Counted from the stretch's first letter, positions 1 through 9,734 are shown. The stretch is 64,000 nucleotides of DNA from Sedimenticola sp. (GCA_040506895.1 JBEVVY010000001.1:3001967-3065966); one strand, 5' to 3'. Notes: generated from the sequence alone by a model not told the origin. Translations and numbers: made by a program.

Positions 1-721
1 ACTGCGGATCGGCTTTCAGTTTAAGCGTGCGCCACTGCATCTCCAGGGCATCCAGTATCATCAGTTTTCCGTTCAGCGTAGTGCCTGCCCCGGTAAGCAC
101 CTTGATCGCCTCCGTGGCCTGGATACTTCCGATGATTCCCACCACGGGTGCAAGCACGCCGTTTTCCGAGCAGGTCTCCTCTATCTCACCCTCGCCGCCG
201 TAGAGGCAGCGGTAGCAGGGTTCGTCGGGACCGGGAACGAAGACCGAGATGTGCCCTTCCATGCGGATCGCTGCCCCTGACACCAGGGGGGTGGCGGTGG
301 TCACGCAGGCCTCGTTGACAGCGAACCGGGTGGCAAAATTGTCACAACAGTCGACCACCAGGTCGGCTTTTTCGACCTGCTCGATCAGCGCATCGTCCAT
401 CAGTGCCTGGTCGATGGTCTCAATGCTGCAGCCGGGATTGATATCCAGCAGCGTCTCCCTGGCGGAGTCCACTTTCGGCTTGCCGATGTCACCGGTCGAA
501 TGGGTTATCTGGCGCTGCAGGTTGCTGAGATCCACCTTGTCGAAATCCACCAGCGTAAGATACCCGATGCCGGCCGCGGCCAGGTACATGGCAACAGGGG
601 ATCCGAGGCCACCCATGCCGATGATCAGAACACGGGCATTGAGGAGTTTCTCCTGTCCCTCGATACCGATGGAGGGGAGCATGATCTGCCGGCTGTAGCG
701 CAGCAGTTGATCGTCATTCAT
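1..721 (-). CDS. moeB: MoeB/ThiF-family adenylyltransferase (molybdopterin-synthase adenylyltransferase); C-terminus lies beyond window start
   Basis: Minus-strand ATG (complement of 719-721) gives MNDDQLLRYSRQIMLPSIGIEGQEKLLNARVLIIGMGGLGSP (Rossmann GxGxxG) and later EPCYRCLY. The frame is open to position 1, so it is missing from the ORF track. Plus-strand ORF 249..698 is its antisense shadow. Synteny hemA-prfA-prmC-moeB. Confidence 0.85.
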   Translation of the reverse strand, partial: MNDDQLLRYSRQIMLPSIGIEGQEKLLNARVLIIGMGGLGSPVAMYLAAAGIGYLTLVDFDKVDLSNLQRQITHSTGDIGKPKVDSARETLLDINPGCSIETIDQALMDDALIEQVEKADLVVDCCDNFATRFAVNEACVTTATPLVSGAAIRMEGHISVFVPGPDEPCYRCLYGGEGEIEETCSENGVLAPVVGIIGSIQATEAIKVLTGAGTTLNGKLMILDALEMQWRTLKLKADPQ

Positions 722-782
722 GGAGCGAGATACCGCAGTAGATAATCAGGCTGCCAATCCTAGCACCTTGCAGGGATATTTT

Positions 783-1193
783 TTATTGGTATTTGCGCCA
801 GTGACCGGGGCGACTGTCGCGGCAGGTGTGGTTGATCTGCTGGTAGCGGTTGATGAAAATTTTACGGGTGCACTTGCTTTGGCCCTCGGGGCAGCCATTG
901 TTGGCGCGCTGTACCTCTTCGGTGTAGTAGTAGAGGGCTCGGCGCAGCTTGTGAATCAGGCGGCCGCTGACATGAAAGCCGGCCTCCATGAGGGCGGTCT
1001 CTATCTGCTCAAGGGTGATCTCGAGTACGTGATAGCGGATGCGAAGCTGGGTGGGGGACTCTGCCTCTGCGAGGAGTATGCCCTCTACCTTGGAAAGGTG
1101 CTCGGCAGCAGTCTGCGCCTGATTGGGATCAGGGTGCATCTCCATGAACACGATGTCGCGCTGCTTGATAAGGTCAGATGCCTGATTTTCCAT
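783..1193 (-). CDS. Hypothetical 136-aa protein; N-terminal ferredoxin/HMA-like segment without CxxC, basic Cys/His-containing C-terminal tail
   Basis: ORF track 783..1193(-). Co-oriented and tightly placed between prmC and moeB. GC3-rich codon pattern. No family recognised by eye. Confidence 0.6.
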   Translation of the reverse strand: MENQASDLIKQRDIVFMEMHPDPNQAQTAAEHLSKVEGILLAEAESPTQLRIRYHVLEITLEQIETALMEAGFHVSGRLIHKLRRALYYYTEEVQRANNGCPEGQSKCTRKIFINRYQQINHTCRDSRPGHWRKYQ

Positions 1194-1289
1194 GCCTGGG
1201 ATCCTGGCCGTTTGTCGTACTTGAAGGCCCGTGGGGGGTGCGGCTTGATCCCGCCCACGCTGTGAGCATAACCAAAAGAGGAGCGGTTG

Positions 1290-2150
1290 TCAGCGTTCAA
1301 GGAAGCCTTCACTGAGGCGGTCGCGGGATTCCAGGTCCGGCAGGGTCCGGATTCTGCCGAAACCGCTGTCAGCCAGGATCTGCCTCACCGCTTTGCCCTG
1401 GTCGTAGCCGTGCTCCAGGATCAGGCCGCCGTGGGGGGCGAGGTGCTGTGCTGCCTGCGCTGCAATCTGGCGGATGTCGGCCAGGCCGTCTGCACCCGAC
1501 GAGAGGGCGGTGGAAGGCTCCCAGGGGAGGTCTCCCCGTTGCAGGTGCGGGTCGTTTTCGGCCACGTAGGGTGGATTGCTGAGAATAAGGTTCAGGCGGA
1601 TATCCGGTGGGATGGCCTGAAACCAGGTGCCCTGCAGGAACTCCACGTTCCGCGTGTCGTGGCGTTGTGCATTGCGCCGCGCCACCTCCAGTGCATCGGC
1701 TGATTGGTCCGTGGCGATGATGTGGCAACCGGGTCGTTCCCTGGCGATGGCAAGGGCGATGGCGCCGCTGCCTGTGCCGAGGTCGGCTATCAGCCACGGG
1801 CTGTCAGCGGGGATCAGTTCCAGCGCACGCTCCACCAGGTGTTCAGTTTCCGGACGGGGAATAAGTGTGGCGGGCGACACCTCGAGCTCCAGTGACCAGA
1901 ACTCTTTTCTTCCGGTGATATAGGCGATGGGCTCTCCGGCGAGTCTGCGCGCGAGCAGCTCGTCGAACTGCTGCAGTTCGGCGGAATCGAGTCGCTTGTC
2001 GGGCCAGGCGACCAGGTGGGTGCGTGGTCTGCCGAGGGTGTGACAGAGCAGTACCTCGGCCTCGATTCCAGGTTCTGCATCCGGCCGCCCGGAGAGCCGT
2101 CTTTCGGCCTGGGCCAGGGTTTCGGCAATGGTGGGTAGCGGATCGGACAT
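1290..2150 (-). CDS. prmC: Release-factor glutamine N5-methyltransferase PrmC (HemK)
   Basis: NPPY catalytic motif (ILSNPPYV) and SAM-binding DLGTGSGAIA. Lies immediately downstream of prfA. Confidence 0.95.
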   Translation of the reverse strand: MSDPLPTIAETLAQAERRLSGRPDAEPGIEAEVLLCHTLGRPRTHLVAWPDKRLDSAELQQFDELLARRLAGEPIAYITGRKEFWSLELEVSPATLIPRPETEHLVERALELIPADSPWLIADLGTGSGAIALAIARERPGCHIIATDQSADALEVARRNAQRHDTRNVEFLQGTWFQAIPPDIRLNLILSNPPYVAENDPHLQRGDLPWEPSTALSSGADGLADIRQIAAQAAQHLAPHGGLILEHGYDQGKAVRQILADSGFGRIRTLPDLESRDRLSEGFLER

Positions 2151-2170
2151 GGTGGCCGACGGGTGACAGC

Positions 2171-3256
2171 TCAGCTGTCGCCTTCGGAAAGGGAGGCCAG
2201 TTGCTCTGCCTGGTACTCGTGGATCAGGGGTTCGATCACCTGGTCCACCGCGCCGGTCATGATCTCGTCCAGTTTGTAGAGGGTGAGATTGATACGGTGA
2301 TCGGTGATCCGGTTCTGGGGGAAATTGTAGGTGCGGATACGCTCTGAGCGGTCACCGCTGCCGACCTGGAGTTTGCGCGCGGCTGCCTGCTCGCTGTTCT
2401 GCTTCTCCTGGATACTGGAGAGCAGTTTCGCCTGCAACAGGGAGAGTGCGCGTGCCTTGTTCTTGTGCTGGGAGCGTTCATCCTGGCATTCGACGACGAT
2501 GCCGGTGGGCAGGTGGGTGACGCGAACTGCCGAATCGGTCTTGTTGACATGCTGACCGCCGGCACCCGAGGCGCGGTAGGTGTCGATGCGCAGGTCATTG
2601 CTGTCGATTTCCACCTCGTCGACCTTGTCGGGCTCGGCCATGATGGCCACGGTGCAGGCCGAGGTGTGGATGCGTCCCTGGGATTCGGTTTCGGGCACGC
2701 GCTGAACGCGGTGGGTTCCCGATTCGAACTTGAGCCGTGAGTAGACACTGCGCCCGGTGATCCGGCTGACCACCTCCTTGTAACCGCCCTGCTCGCCAGG
2801 GCTTTCGCTGATGGTCTCGGTCTGCCAGCCCTGGTTTTCGGCGTAGCGCAGGTACATGCGGTGAAGGTCGCCCGCAAACAGGGCGGCCTCGGCGCCACCG
2901 GTGCCGGCCCTGACTTCGAGAAAGATGTTGCGCTCGTCGTTGGGGTCGGGCGGAATCAGCAGCAGCTGCAACTGCGGCTCCAGTTCATCCCTCTGCTGTT
3001 CGGCTTCCAGCAGCTCATCTTTTGCCAGCTCCGCCATTTCCGGATCGGTCAGCATCTCCCTGGCACTCTCGATGTCGCCCTCCACGCCCAGGTAGCGGTT
3101 GTAACAGCCGACTACGGGCTCCAACTGGGCGTACTCCTGGCTAAGGCTGCGGAACTGGTTCTGATCCCCTTGGACATCGGGGTCTGCCAGCAGTGCGGTG
3201 ATCTCTTCGAAGCGTTCGGCGATGTGGTCCAGTTTACTGCGTATGGAGTCCTTCAT
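2171..3256 (-). CDS. prfA: Peptide chain release factor 1
   Basis: GGQ motif ([10 protein letters not shown]) and RF1-type PxT tripeptide ([13 protein letters not shown]). 361 aa. Confidence 0.97.
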   Translation of the reverse strand: MKDSIRSKLDHIAERFEEITALLADPDVQGDQNQFRSLSQEYAQLEPVVGCYNRYLGVEGDIESAREMLTDPEMAELAKDELLEAEQQRDELEPQLQLLLIPPDPNDERNIFLEVRAGTGGAEAALFAGDLHRMYLRYAENQGWQTETISESPGEQGGYKEVVSRITGRSVYSRLKFESGTHRVQRVPETESQGRIHTSACTVAIMAEPDKVDEVEIDSNDLRIDTYRASGAGGQHVNKTDSAVRVTHLPTGIVVECQDERSQHKNKARALSLLQAKLLSSIQEKQNSEQAAARKLQVGSGDRSERIRTYNFPQNRITDHRINLTLYKLDEIMTGAVDQVIEPLIHEYQAEQLASLSEGDS

Positions 3257-4521
3257 TTAGAGCCGTCGCCGTCTTTGATCTGGAAGAGCGTGTTCGCTGC
3301 CTCGAGCAGCTCGATGTGGCCGTCGAAGCCGGCCTGTCGAATCTGGGTGCTGGGGGTGTGCAGCAGCTTGTTGGTGATGGTGTGGGCCAGGAACTGCAGC
3401 ACCTCTTCAGCGGGCTTGCCGTTGTTCAGCTGCTTGAGCGCCCTGTCGAGGGCTTCGTTGCGCATGTCCTCGGCCTGGCGTCTGTAGTCCTGGATCATGC
3501 CGACGGCATCCAGGGAGCGCAGCCAGCCCATGAACTCTTCGGTATGGAAGTCGATGATCTCCTGGGCCTGCTCCGCTGCCTCCTGGCGGGAGCGCAGGTT
3601 TTCATCGATCACCTCCTGCAGGTCATCGACGGTATAGAGGTAGACGTCGTTCAGGTTGCCGACTTCGGCTTCGATATCGCGGGGTACCGCGATATCCACC
3701 ATGAACATCGGTTGGTGTTTGCGTTTCTTCAGGGCGCTCTCCACGGTGCCCTTGCCGAGGACAGGCAGGGGGCTGGCGGTGGAGGAGATGACGATATCCG
3801 CCTCGGCAAGGTGCGAGGGTATCTCGGTGAGCGCAATGGCATAGCCGTTGAACTGGTTGGCGAGGGTGTGGGCCCGCTCCAGGGTGCGGTTGGCAACGAT
3901 AATGCGGCCGATGCCGTGCTGGTGCAGGTGCCGTGCGGCCAGTTCGATGGTCTCGCCGGCACCGATCAGCAGGGCGGTCTGGTCGGAGAGATCACTGAAG
4001 ATCTGCCTTGCCAGGCTGACCGCGGCAAAGGCGACTGAGACCGGGCTGTGCCCGATGGCGGTATCCGTGCGCACCTGCTTGGCCACCGAGAAGGTGTGCT
4101 GGAAAAGCCGGCCGAGGAGTTTGCCCGTGGTGGTTGCATCGCAGGCGGTCTGAAAAGCCGCTTTGACCTGTCCCAGGATCTGGGGTTCTCCCAGGACCAT
4201 GGAGTCGAGTCCGCTGGCCACTTTCAGCAGGTGCCGCACGCTCTCCTGGTTATCGTGGTCGTAGAGATATGGGGATACGGTTTCCGGCTCAACGCCATGG
4301 AAGTCGCTCAGCCACTGGCAGATCTCCTGTCGGCCACCCTGGGTGAGTGCACAGTAGATCTCGGTGCGATTGCAGGTGGAGAGGATTGCGGCTTCCTCAA
4401 CGCCCGGGCGCTCGGACAGGCTGCGCAGTGCAGCCACGATAATATCGGGGCCGAAGGTGATCCGCTCGCGAATATCGAGAGGCGCAGTTTTGTGGTTGAG
4501 GCCGAGTGTTAAGAGTGGCAT
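3253..4521 (-). CDS. hemA: Glutamyl-tRNA reductase
   Basis: [20 protein letters not shown]-terminus, active-site STCNRTE, NADPH loop GAGETIEL. Its stop overlaps the prfA start. Confidence 0.97.
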   Translation of the reverse strand: MPLLTLGLNHKTAPLDIRERITFGPDIIVAALRSLSERPGVEEAAILSTCNRTEIYCALTQGGRQEICQWLSDFHGVEPETVSPYLYDHDNQESVRHLLKVASGLDSMVLGEPQILGQVKAAFQTACDATTTGKLLGRLFQHTFSVAKQVRTDTAIGHSPVSVAFAAVSLARQIFSDLSDQTALLIGAGETIELAARHLHQHGIGRIIVANRTLERAHTLANQFNGYAIALTEIPSHLAEADIVISSTASPLPVLGKGTVESALKKRKHQPMFMVDIAVPRDIEAEVGNLNDVYLYTVDDLQEVIDENLRSRQEAAEQAQEIIDFHTEEFMGWLRSLDAVGMIQDYRRQAEDMRNEALDRALKQLNNGKPAEEVLQFLAHTITNKLLHTPSTQIRQAGFDGHIELLEAANTLFQIKDGDGSK

Positions 4522-4785
4522 TGGTCTTGGTCAGCGTATCCAGGATCCGAAATTTTGTATTATCAACGGCTTAAATTCAAGTTGGCCATTAGGGATATGG
4601 CCGTTTCCAGGTGCCTGGTGGTCATTCCGTGGTGAGCGGATAACCCGCATTTTTCGCTGGTGGTTGTTGATGTTTATGGCTTTTTTATAAGCTTACGGGC
4701 TACTATTCAGGTATAGAATGAAGTATTCGATTTTTATCCCCGAAATGATCTGCGGTTTGCCGGGGTCCGGTGGAATAGAGGACTT

Positions 4786-6525
4786 ATGAGGCGGGTATTT
4801 TCAAGTTCTGCTCTTGCGCTGTTGCTGGTCGCCTGTACATCCGTGCCCGAAAAAACCTCTTCGCCGGAAAAGGCCCCCGAGGGCGGGGAACGCCCCGCTT
4901 CAGCCGATCAGCCATTTGAACGGCCCGCCTCGCCGGCTGCCGAGCTGGATTCCGAGATCGTTTTCAACGCGCTGGCCGGGGAGGTCGCAGCCCAGCGCGG
5001 AGAGCTGGACCTGGCTTATCGGCACCTGCTGCAGGCCGCTGAGCTGTCCGGCGATGCCAAGGCCGCTGAGCGGGCGGCAAGACTGGCGGTATACCTGAAG
5101 AGGAATGATCTCGCAGTCAAGGCGATTGCACGTTGGTCGGAACTCTCGCCCAATGATATGGCGGCCCGTCAGCTGGGCGCTGCCGTGGCGCTCAAGCAGG
5201 GCGACCTGGAGTTTGCCTATAGCCAGCTGAAGGCGATCATCGTTATCAGCCAGGCAAAGGAGCAGGACGGTTTTCTGCATGCCATGGCTGCCGTCAGTCA
5301 TGAGAAAAACCACGAGGCTGCCATCGGGCTGTTGCAACGACTGGCGGCCGAGTACCCCGATGATCCCCGTGGTGTCTATGTTGTGGCGTTGTCGGCACTG
5401 ATGAACAAATCCTATGGGGTGGCGGAGATCAATGCCGAACGATTGATCGAACAGCATCCTGACTGGGTCAAGGGATATGTTCTGCTGAGCCGAATCCATA
5501 TCGCGCGCGAAAACAAGCAGGCGGCCCGTGAGGTGCTGGCCGAGGCGGTTGCGAAGTATCCGCAGGATCAGCTGCTTCGCTCCTCGTATGCGCGAACCCT
5601 GCTGGATGCGGGTGAGAAGGGGCTTGCCTACCAGCAGTTCGAGGTGCTGGAGACCCAGTCACCGGATGATGAAAACGTGCTCTTTGCGCTGGGCGTTCTG
5701 GCGCTCGACATGAAGCGTTACCGCGATGCGCGTACTCATTTCAACCGTCTCAGAGAGCTGGGGAAGCGGGCCGATGACGCGGCCTACTACCTGGGGCGGG
5801 TGGAAGAGAGCGAGCAGCGAACCTCCAAGGCGATCAGTTGGTACAGGAAGGTCCACAAGGGAGAGCTCGCCTACGATGCGCAGGTCCGGATTGCCCAGAT
5901 GATGGCTCTCCAGGGCAAGGTTGCCGACGCAAGGGACTGGCTGAAAGGCTTGCGTATCCGCATGCCGGAGAGATCGGTCCAGCTCTACCTGGTAGAGGTT
6001 GATGTACTGCGGGAGCATGTCTCATCAGAAGAGATAATGAGCATCTATGATGAGGGCCTCACTGTCCACGAGAATAACCAGGACCTGCTCTACTCCCGTG
6101 CCCTCTACGCGGTCACCATAGATCGCCTGGATATTCTCGAACGCGATCTGCGCAAGGTGATCTCGCTCAACCCGAAGCATGCAGATGCACTCAATGCGCT
6201 GGGTTACACGTTGACGGATCAGACCAGCCGTCACGATGAGGCGTTCAAGCTGATCAGTCGCGCACTCGAACTGAAGCCGGATGCGCCCGCAATCCTCGAC
6301 AGCATGGGCTGGGTGCACTTCCGGTTGGGTAACCTTGAGCAGGCCCTCGATTATCTTGAAAGGGCGATGAAGGCACTGCCGGATTCCGAGATTGCGGCTC
6401 ACCTCGGCGAGGTGCTCTGGGTTACCGGGGAGCGGGCGCGGGCCAGGAAAGTGTGGCAGGAGGCGCTGGAGTCAGACCCTGGAAGCAAGTATATCCTCGA
6501 AACCATGAAGCGCCTTACCGAGTAG
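4786..6525 (+). CDS. TPR-repeat lipoprotein (counterpart of the TPR gene upstream of lolB-ispE in Pseudomonas)
   Basis: Lipoprotein-type signal (ALLLVAC) and many TPR-like A/L/Y-rich repeats. Divergent from hemA. Confidence 0.85.
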   Translation: MRRVFSSSALALLLVACTSVPEKTSSPEKAPEGGERPASADQPFERPASPAAELDSEIVFNALAGEVAAQRGELDLAYRHLLQAAELSGDAKAAERAARLAVYLKRNDLAVKAIARWSELSPNDMAARQLGAAVALKQGDLEFAYSQLKAIIVISQAKEQDGFLHAMAAVSHEKNHEAAIGLLQRLAAEYPDDPRGVYVVALSALMNKSYGVAEINAERLIEQHPDWVKGYVLLSRIHIARENKQAAREVLAEAVAKYPQDQLLRSSYARTLLDAGEKGLAYQQFEVLETQSPDDENVLFALGVLALDMKRYRDARTHFNRLRELGKRADDAAYYLGRVEESEQRTSKAISWYRKVHKGELAYDAQVRIAQMMALQGKVADARDWLKGLRIRMPERSVQLYLVEVDVLREHVSSEEIMSIYDEGLTVHENNQDLLYSRALYAVTIDRLDILERDLRKVISLNPKHADALNALGYTLTDQTSRHDEAFKLISRALELKPDAPAILDSMGWVHFRLGNLEQALDYLERAMKALPDSEIAAHLGEVLWVTGERARARKVWQEALESDPGSKYILETMKRLTE

Positions 6526-6535
6526 CAGGGCTGCA

Positions 6536-7414
6536 ATGGAATCCAAATCCCTGCAGGTTGCCCCGGACGATACCTGGTGGCCGGCCCCGGCCAAGCTGAA
6601 CCTGATGCTGCGTGTGGTAGGTCGCCGTGCCGATGGCTACCATCTTCTGCAAACAGTATTTCAATTCCTCGATTTTGGTGACCGGCTACGCTTCCGGGTA
6701 CGCGATGATGACATTGTGCGTCGACTTGGGGAGCTTGCGGGGGTACCCGAATCCCACGACCTGGTGGTACGGGCCGCAAGGCTGCTGCAGCAGGTCTCCG
6801 GTTGCCGCCTCGGCGTGGATATCGAGCTGGATAAGCGCCTGCCCATGGGGGGTGGTCTTGGTGGAGGCAGTTCCGACGCTGCCACCACCCTGGCTGTATT
6901 GAATAAGGTATGGGGATTGAAACTCTCCAGCGACAGGCTTGCGGAATTGGGCCTGGAGCTGGGTGCCGATGTGCCGGTCTTCGTGCGAGGTATCTCCGCC
7001 TGGGGTGAGGGGGTCGGGGAGCAGCTCACACCGGTGGAATTGCCGGAACCCTGGTACCTGGTACTGGTACCGGAATGCGAGGTTCCTACAGCGGCGATAT
7101 TTGGTGATCCTGATTTGACACGGGACTCTCCCCGCATCACAATACGCGACTTCCTCGCCGGCAGAGTGGAAAATGATTGTCTTCCAGTGGTTTGCCGCCG
7201 CTTTCCTGAAGTGGCCGGGGCGATGGATTGGCTGGCCGGGTTTGCCGAACCGAGACTGACCGGTACCGGGGCCTGTGTCTTTGCAATCTTCCCTGACGAG
7301 GAGGAGGCGCAGCGGGTCCGGCAGGCGGCAGAAGGGCGTTTCCGGGCTTTTGTGGCAAGGGGTGTGAACCGCTCGCCACTGCTGATGACGCTCGGGGCCG
7401 ATACGAGTTATTGA
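6536..7414 (+). CDS. ispE: 4-diphosphocytidyl-2-C-methyl-D-erythritol kinase
   Basis: GHMP-kinase motif PMGGGLGGGSSDAA; N-terminus WPAPAKLNL. Followed by tRNA-Gln-prs, as in other gammaproteobacteria. Confidence 0.95.
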   Translation: MESKSLQVAPDDTWWPAPAKLNLMLRVVGRRADGYHLLQTVFQFLDFGDRLRFRVRDDDIVRRLGELAGVPESHDLVVRAARLLQQVSGCRLGVDIELDKRLPMGGGLGGGSSDAATTLAVLNKVWGLKLSSDRLAELGLELGADVPVFVRGISAWGEGVGEQLTPVELPEPWYLVLVPECEVPTAAIFGDPDLTRDSPRITIRDFLAGRVENDCLPVVCRRFPEVAGAMDWLAGFAEPRLTGTGACVFAIFPDEEEAQRVRQAAEGRFRAFVARGVNRSPLLMTLGADTSY

Positions 7415-7423
7415 AGTTTTTAT

Positions 7424-7498
7424 TGGGGCGTCGCCAAGCGGCTAGGCAGCGGGTTTTGATCCCGCCATACGCAGGTTCGAATCCTGCCGCCCCAGCCA
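7424..7498 (+). tRNA. tRNA-Gln (anticodon TTG)
   Basis: tggggcgtcgccaagcggctaggcagcgggTTTTGATcccgcc...ggttcgaatcctgccgccccagCCA. Closely resembles E. coli tRNA-Gln. Cloverleaf arms pair and the CCA is encoded. Confidence 0.95.
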
Positions 7499-7620
7499 TA
7501 TGCGTGCTGAGAGGCGGGGCGCCGGGTGGTGAGCCATCCGTGGCGCGAGGGTCCGGGCTGACATCCATGTCAGCCGTTCACACAGCTGCGTTTGCCTGTT
7601 GGCAAACGGTCTGTGTTCAC

Positions 7621-7636
7621 CCTGCCGCCCCAGCCA
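7621..7636 (+). repeat. Direct copy of the last 16 nt of tRNA-Gln (cctgccgccccagcca)
   Basis: Identical to 7483..7498. The flanks also match ([t/a]atg). The copy lies 138 nt downstream of the original. Confidence 0.9.
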
Positions 7637-7793
7637 AATGTTCGTTGTGAGGTCGAGCGCCGGATGATGATCCATCCAGGCAGCAGTCTACTCAGCAACT
7701 CAGTCGTGTGATTATTACGCGGTGTGAACGGAGCCGGTTGACGGTCATTCATGCCGAGCGCCAATCAATGTTGATCGAAGAGAGGGCCTAACG

Positions 7794-8747
7794 GTGCCAG
7801 CCAGCGGCATGATGGTATTTTCGGGTAATGCCAATCCCGAACTCGTTTCAGAGATCACCGGGCGTCTCAATCTCCGCCTGGGTAAGGCCATTGTCGGTCA
7901 GTTCAGTGACGGCGAGGTGATGGCCGAGGTGCAGGAGAGTGTGCGTGGGCGCGATGTCTACATCGTGCAGTCGACCTCTCAGCCGACCAACGACCACCTG
8001 ATGGAGTTGTTGGTGCTGATCGATGCCCTTCGCTGGGCTTCGGCAGGGCGTATCACCGCGGTGATGCCCTATTTCGGCTATGCACGCCAGGACCGCCGCC
8101 CGCGTTCCGCGCGTGTGCCGATAACGGCACGCCTGGTTGCCAAGCAGATTGCAGCGGCCGGTGCTGACCGGGTGGTGACCGTGGATCTGCATGCAGACCA
8201 GATCCAGGGCTTTTTTGATATACCGGTGGACAATATTTACGCATTGCCCACCCTACTGGCGGATGTCTGGCGCCAGAAGTACAACGACCTGATTGTCGTC
8301 TCGCCCGATGTGGGTGGCGTGGTCAGGGCAAGGGCACTGGCGAAGCAGCTGGATGACGCGGACCTGGCGATCATCGACAAGCGCCGCCCCCAGGCCAACG
8401 TGGCCCAGGTGATGAATATCATCGGTGACGTTGAAGGGCGCACCTGTGTGTTGATCGATGATCTGGTCGACACCGCGGGGACCCTCTGCAAGGCGGCCGG
8501 AGCGCTGAAAGAGCATGGTGCCGAGCGGGTCGTGGCTTACTGTACCCACCCGGTACTGTCGGGGCCTGCAGTGAGCAATATCAACGAGTCCCAACTCGAT
8601 GAGCTGGTGGTATCCAACAGCATAGCGCTGACCGGGACTGCCAGGGAGTGTGACAAGATCCGCCAGGTCAGTATCGCGGAGCTGCTCGCTGAAACCATGC
8701 GCAGGATCGCCAACGACGAATCGGTCAGTACACTGTTTCTGGACTGA
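7794..8747 (+). CDS. prs: Ribose-phosphate pyrophosphokinase
   Basis: [12 protein letters not shown]..., [11 protein letters not shown] and PRPP loop [12 protein letters not shown]. The GTG at 7794 has a GAGAGGG Shine-Dalgarno; the ATG at 7809 is an alternative start. Confidence 0.95.
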   Translation: MPASGMMVFSGNANPELVSEITGRLNLRLGKAIVGQFSDGEVMAEVQESVRGRDVYIVQSTSQPTNDHLMELLVLIDALRWASAGRITAVMPYFGYARQDRRPRSARVPITARLVAKQIAAAGADRVVTVDLHADQIQGFFDIPVDNIYALPTLLADVWRQKYNDLIVVSPDVGGVVRARALAKQLDDADLAIIDKRRPQANVAQVMNIIGDVEGRTCVLIDDLVDTAGTLCKAAGALKEHGAERVVAYCTHPVLSGPAVSNINESQLDELVVSNSIALTGTARECDKIRQVSIAELLAETMRRIANDESVSTLFLD

Positions 8748-8829
8748 TCTACAGGAATTTTAACCATCGCCGGCACACTGGTCGCGGAGTGCCGGCGGTT
8801 TTTTCAACAATGATGATTTGGAGAAAATC

Positions 8830-9474
8830 ATGAGTGACCTTTTTGAAATTGAAGCGCAGCCGCGCAGTGACACAGGGAAGGGTGCGAGCCGCCGCCTGCG
8901 TCACGCCGGCCTGGTTCCGGGTATCGTCTACGGTGCCCACCAGGATCCTGAAATGATCTCGGTTGTCCATACCGACCTGGTTCTGCACCTGGAGCACGAA
9001 GCATTCTACTCCCACATCCTGAGCCTGAAGCTGGATGGCAAGGAGCAGCAGGTGATCCTCAAGGATCTGCAGCGCCACCCCGCCAAGCCTTTCGTTAACC
9101 ACGTCGACTTTCTGCGCGTCAGTGCGGACGAGAAGATCAAGACCCACGTGCCGGTGCACTTCATCAACGAAAGCACCGCGCCAGGCGTGAAGATGGGCGG
9201 TGCGGTCTCCCACCACATCACCGACCTCGAGGTGAGCTGTCTGCCGAAGCACCTCCCGGAGTTCATCAAGGTGGATATGGATGGAATGGAGATTGGCGAC
9301 AGTATCCTGATGTCCGGTGTCGTTCTGCCCGAGGGTGTCGAGCTTCCGGCCCTGGCAAGTGGCGCCTCCGAGCATGATCTGCCTGTCGTCTCCGTTCACG
9401 GTGCCCATAGCGCCGAGGAGGAGGAGTACGAAGATACTGCTGCTGAAGGCGGCGAGGCTGAAGGCGAGGAGTAA
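8830..9474 (+). CDS. rplY: 50S ribosomal protein L25 / general stress protein Ctc (long form, acidic tail)
   Basis: MSDLFEIEAQPRSDTGKGASRRLR... The ATG at 8830 is preceded by GGAGA. The ORF-track start at 8818 is an upstream TTG. Confidence 0.93.
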   Translation: MSDLFEIEAQPRSDTGKGASRRLRHAGLVPGIVYGAHQDPEMISVVHTDLVLHLEHEAFYSHILSLKLDGKEQQVILKDLQRHPAKPFVNHVDFLRVSADEKIKTHVPVHFINESTAPGVKMGGAVSHHITDLEVSCLPKHLPEFIKVDMDGMEIGDSILMSGVVLPEGVELPALASGASEHDLPVVSVHGAHSAEEEEYEDTAAEGGEAEGEE

Positions 9475-9490
9475 TCTCTTCCGTCTGGAA

Positions 9491-9530
9491 AAGCCGGGGC
9501 ATAAGGCTGAACGCCTGCCCCGGCTTTTTT
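9491..9530 (+). terminator. Rho-independent terminator after rplY
   Basis: agccggggc / gccccggct 9-bp GC stem followed by TTTTTT. Confidence 0.8.
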
Positions 9531-9667
9531 GTGCATGGATGCACTTATACCACGGAGCACATGGATGTGCGTGAGTGGTGCTTGTGCACGGATGCACTTA
9601 TACCGCGGAGCACTTGTACCCGGAGGGTGTTTATGCCTGGAAGGTGCATGGATGTGCAAGAGCGGTG
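9531..9667. repeat. Intergenic repeat array: four copies of the 14-bp palindrome GYGCAYGGATGYRC inside two longer imperfect direct repeats
   Basis: Copies at 9531-9544, 9557-9570, 9584-9597 and 9644-9657. The 30-mer 9531-9560 matches 9584-9613 (2 mismatches). The 20-mer 9561-9580 matches 9648-9667 (3 mismatches). Confidence 0.85.
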
Positions 9668-9734
9668 ATTTTGCCAGCCGCATTTGATAGCTTGAAGACC
9701 TGATGACAACCCTGGAGCAGCATCTGGATTCACA

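Noticed and set aside
7562-7636. Whether the 75 nt ending in the tRNA-Gln 3' copy form a second tRNA gene
   Set aside because: There is no D-arm and no GGTTCGAAT-type T-loop, and the acceptor 5' strand does not pair. Only the last ~20 nt resemble the tRNA. At best it is a relic, not a functional tRNA.
8749-9597. 282-aa minus-strand ORF over rplY. Similar shadow ORFs lie at 249..698(+), 11199..12062(+), 13159..14022(+), 16894..17895(-), 17990..19084(-), 50690..51775(+) and 52120..53196(-)
   Set aside because: Each one is antisense to a gene with clear homology-type motifs, and each has a biased, repetitive composition and no ribosome-binding site.
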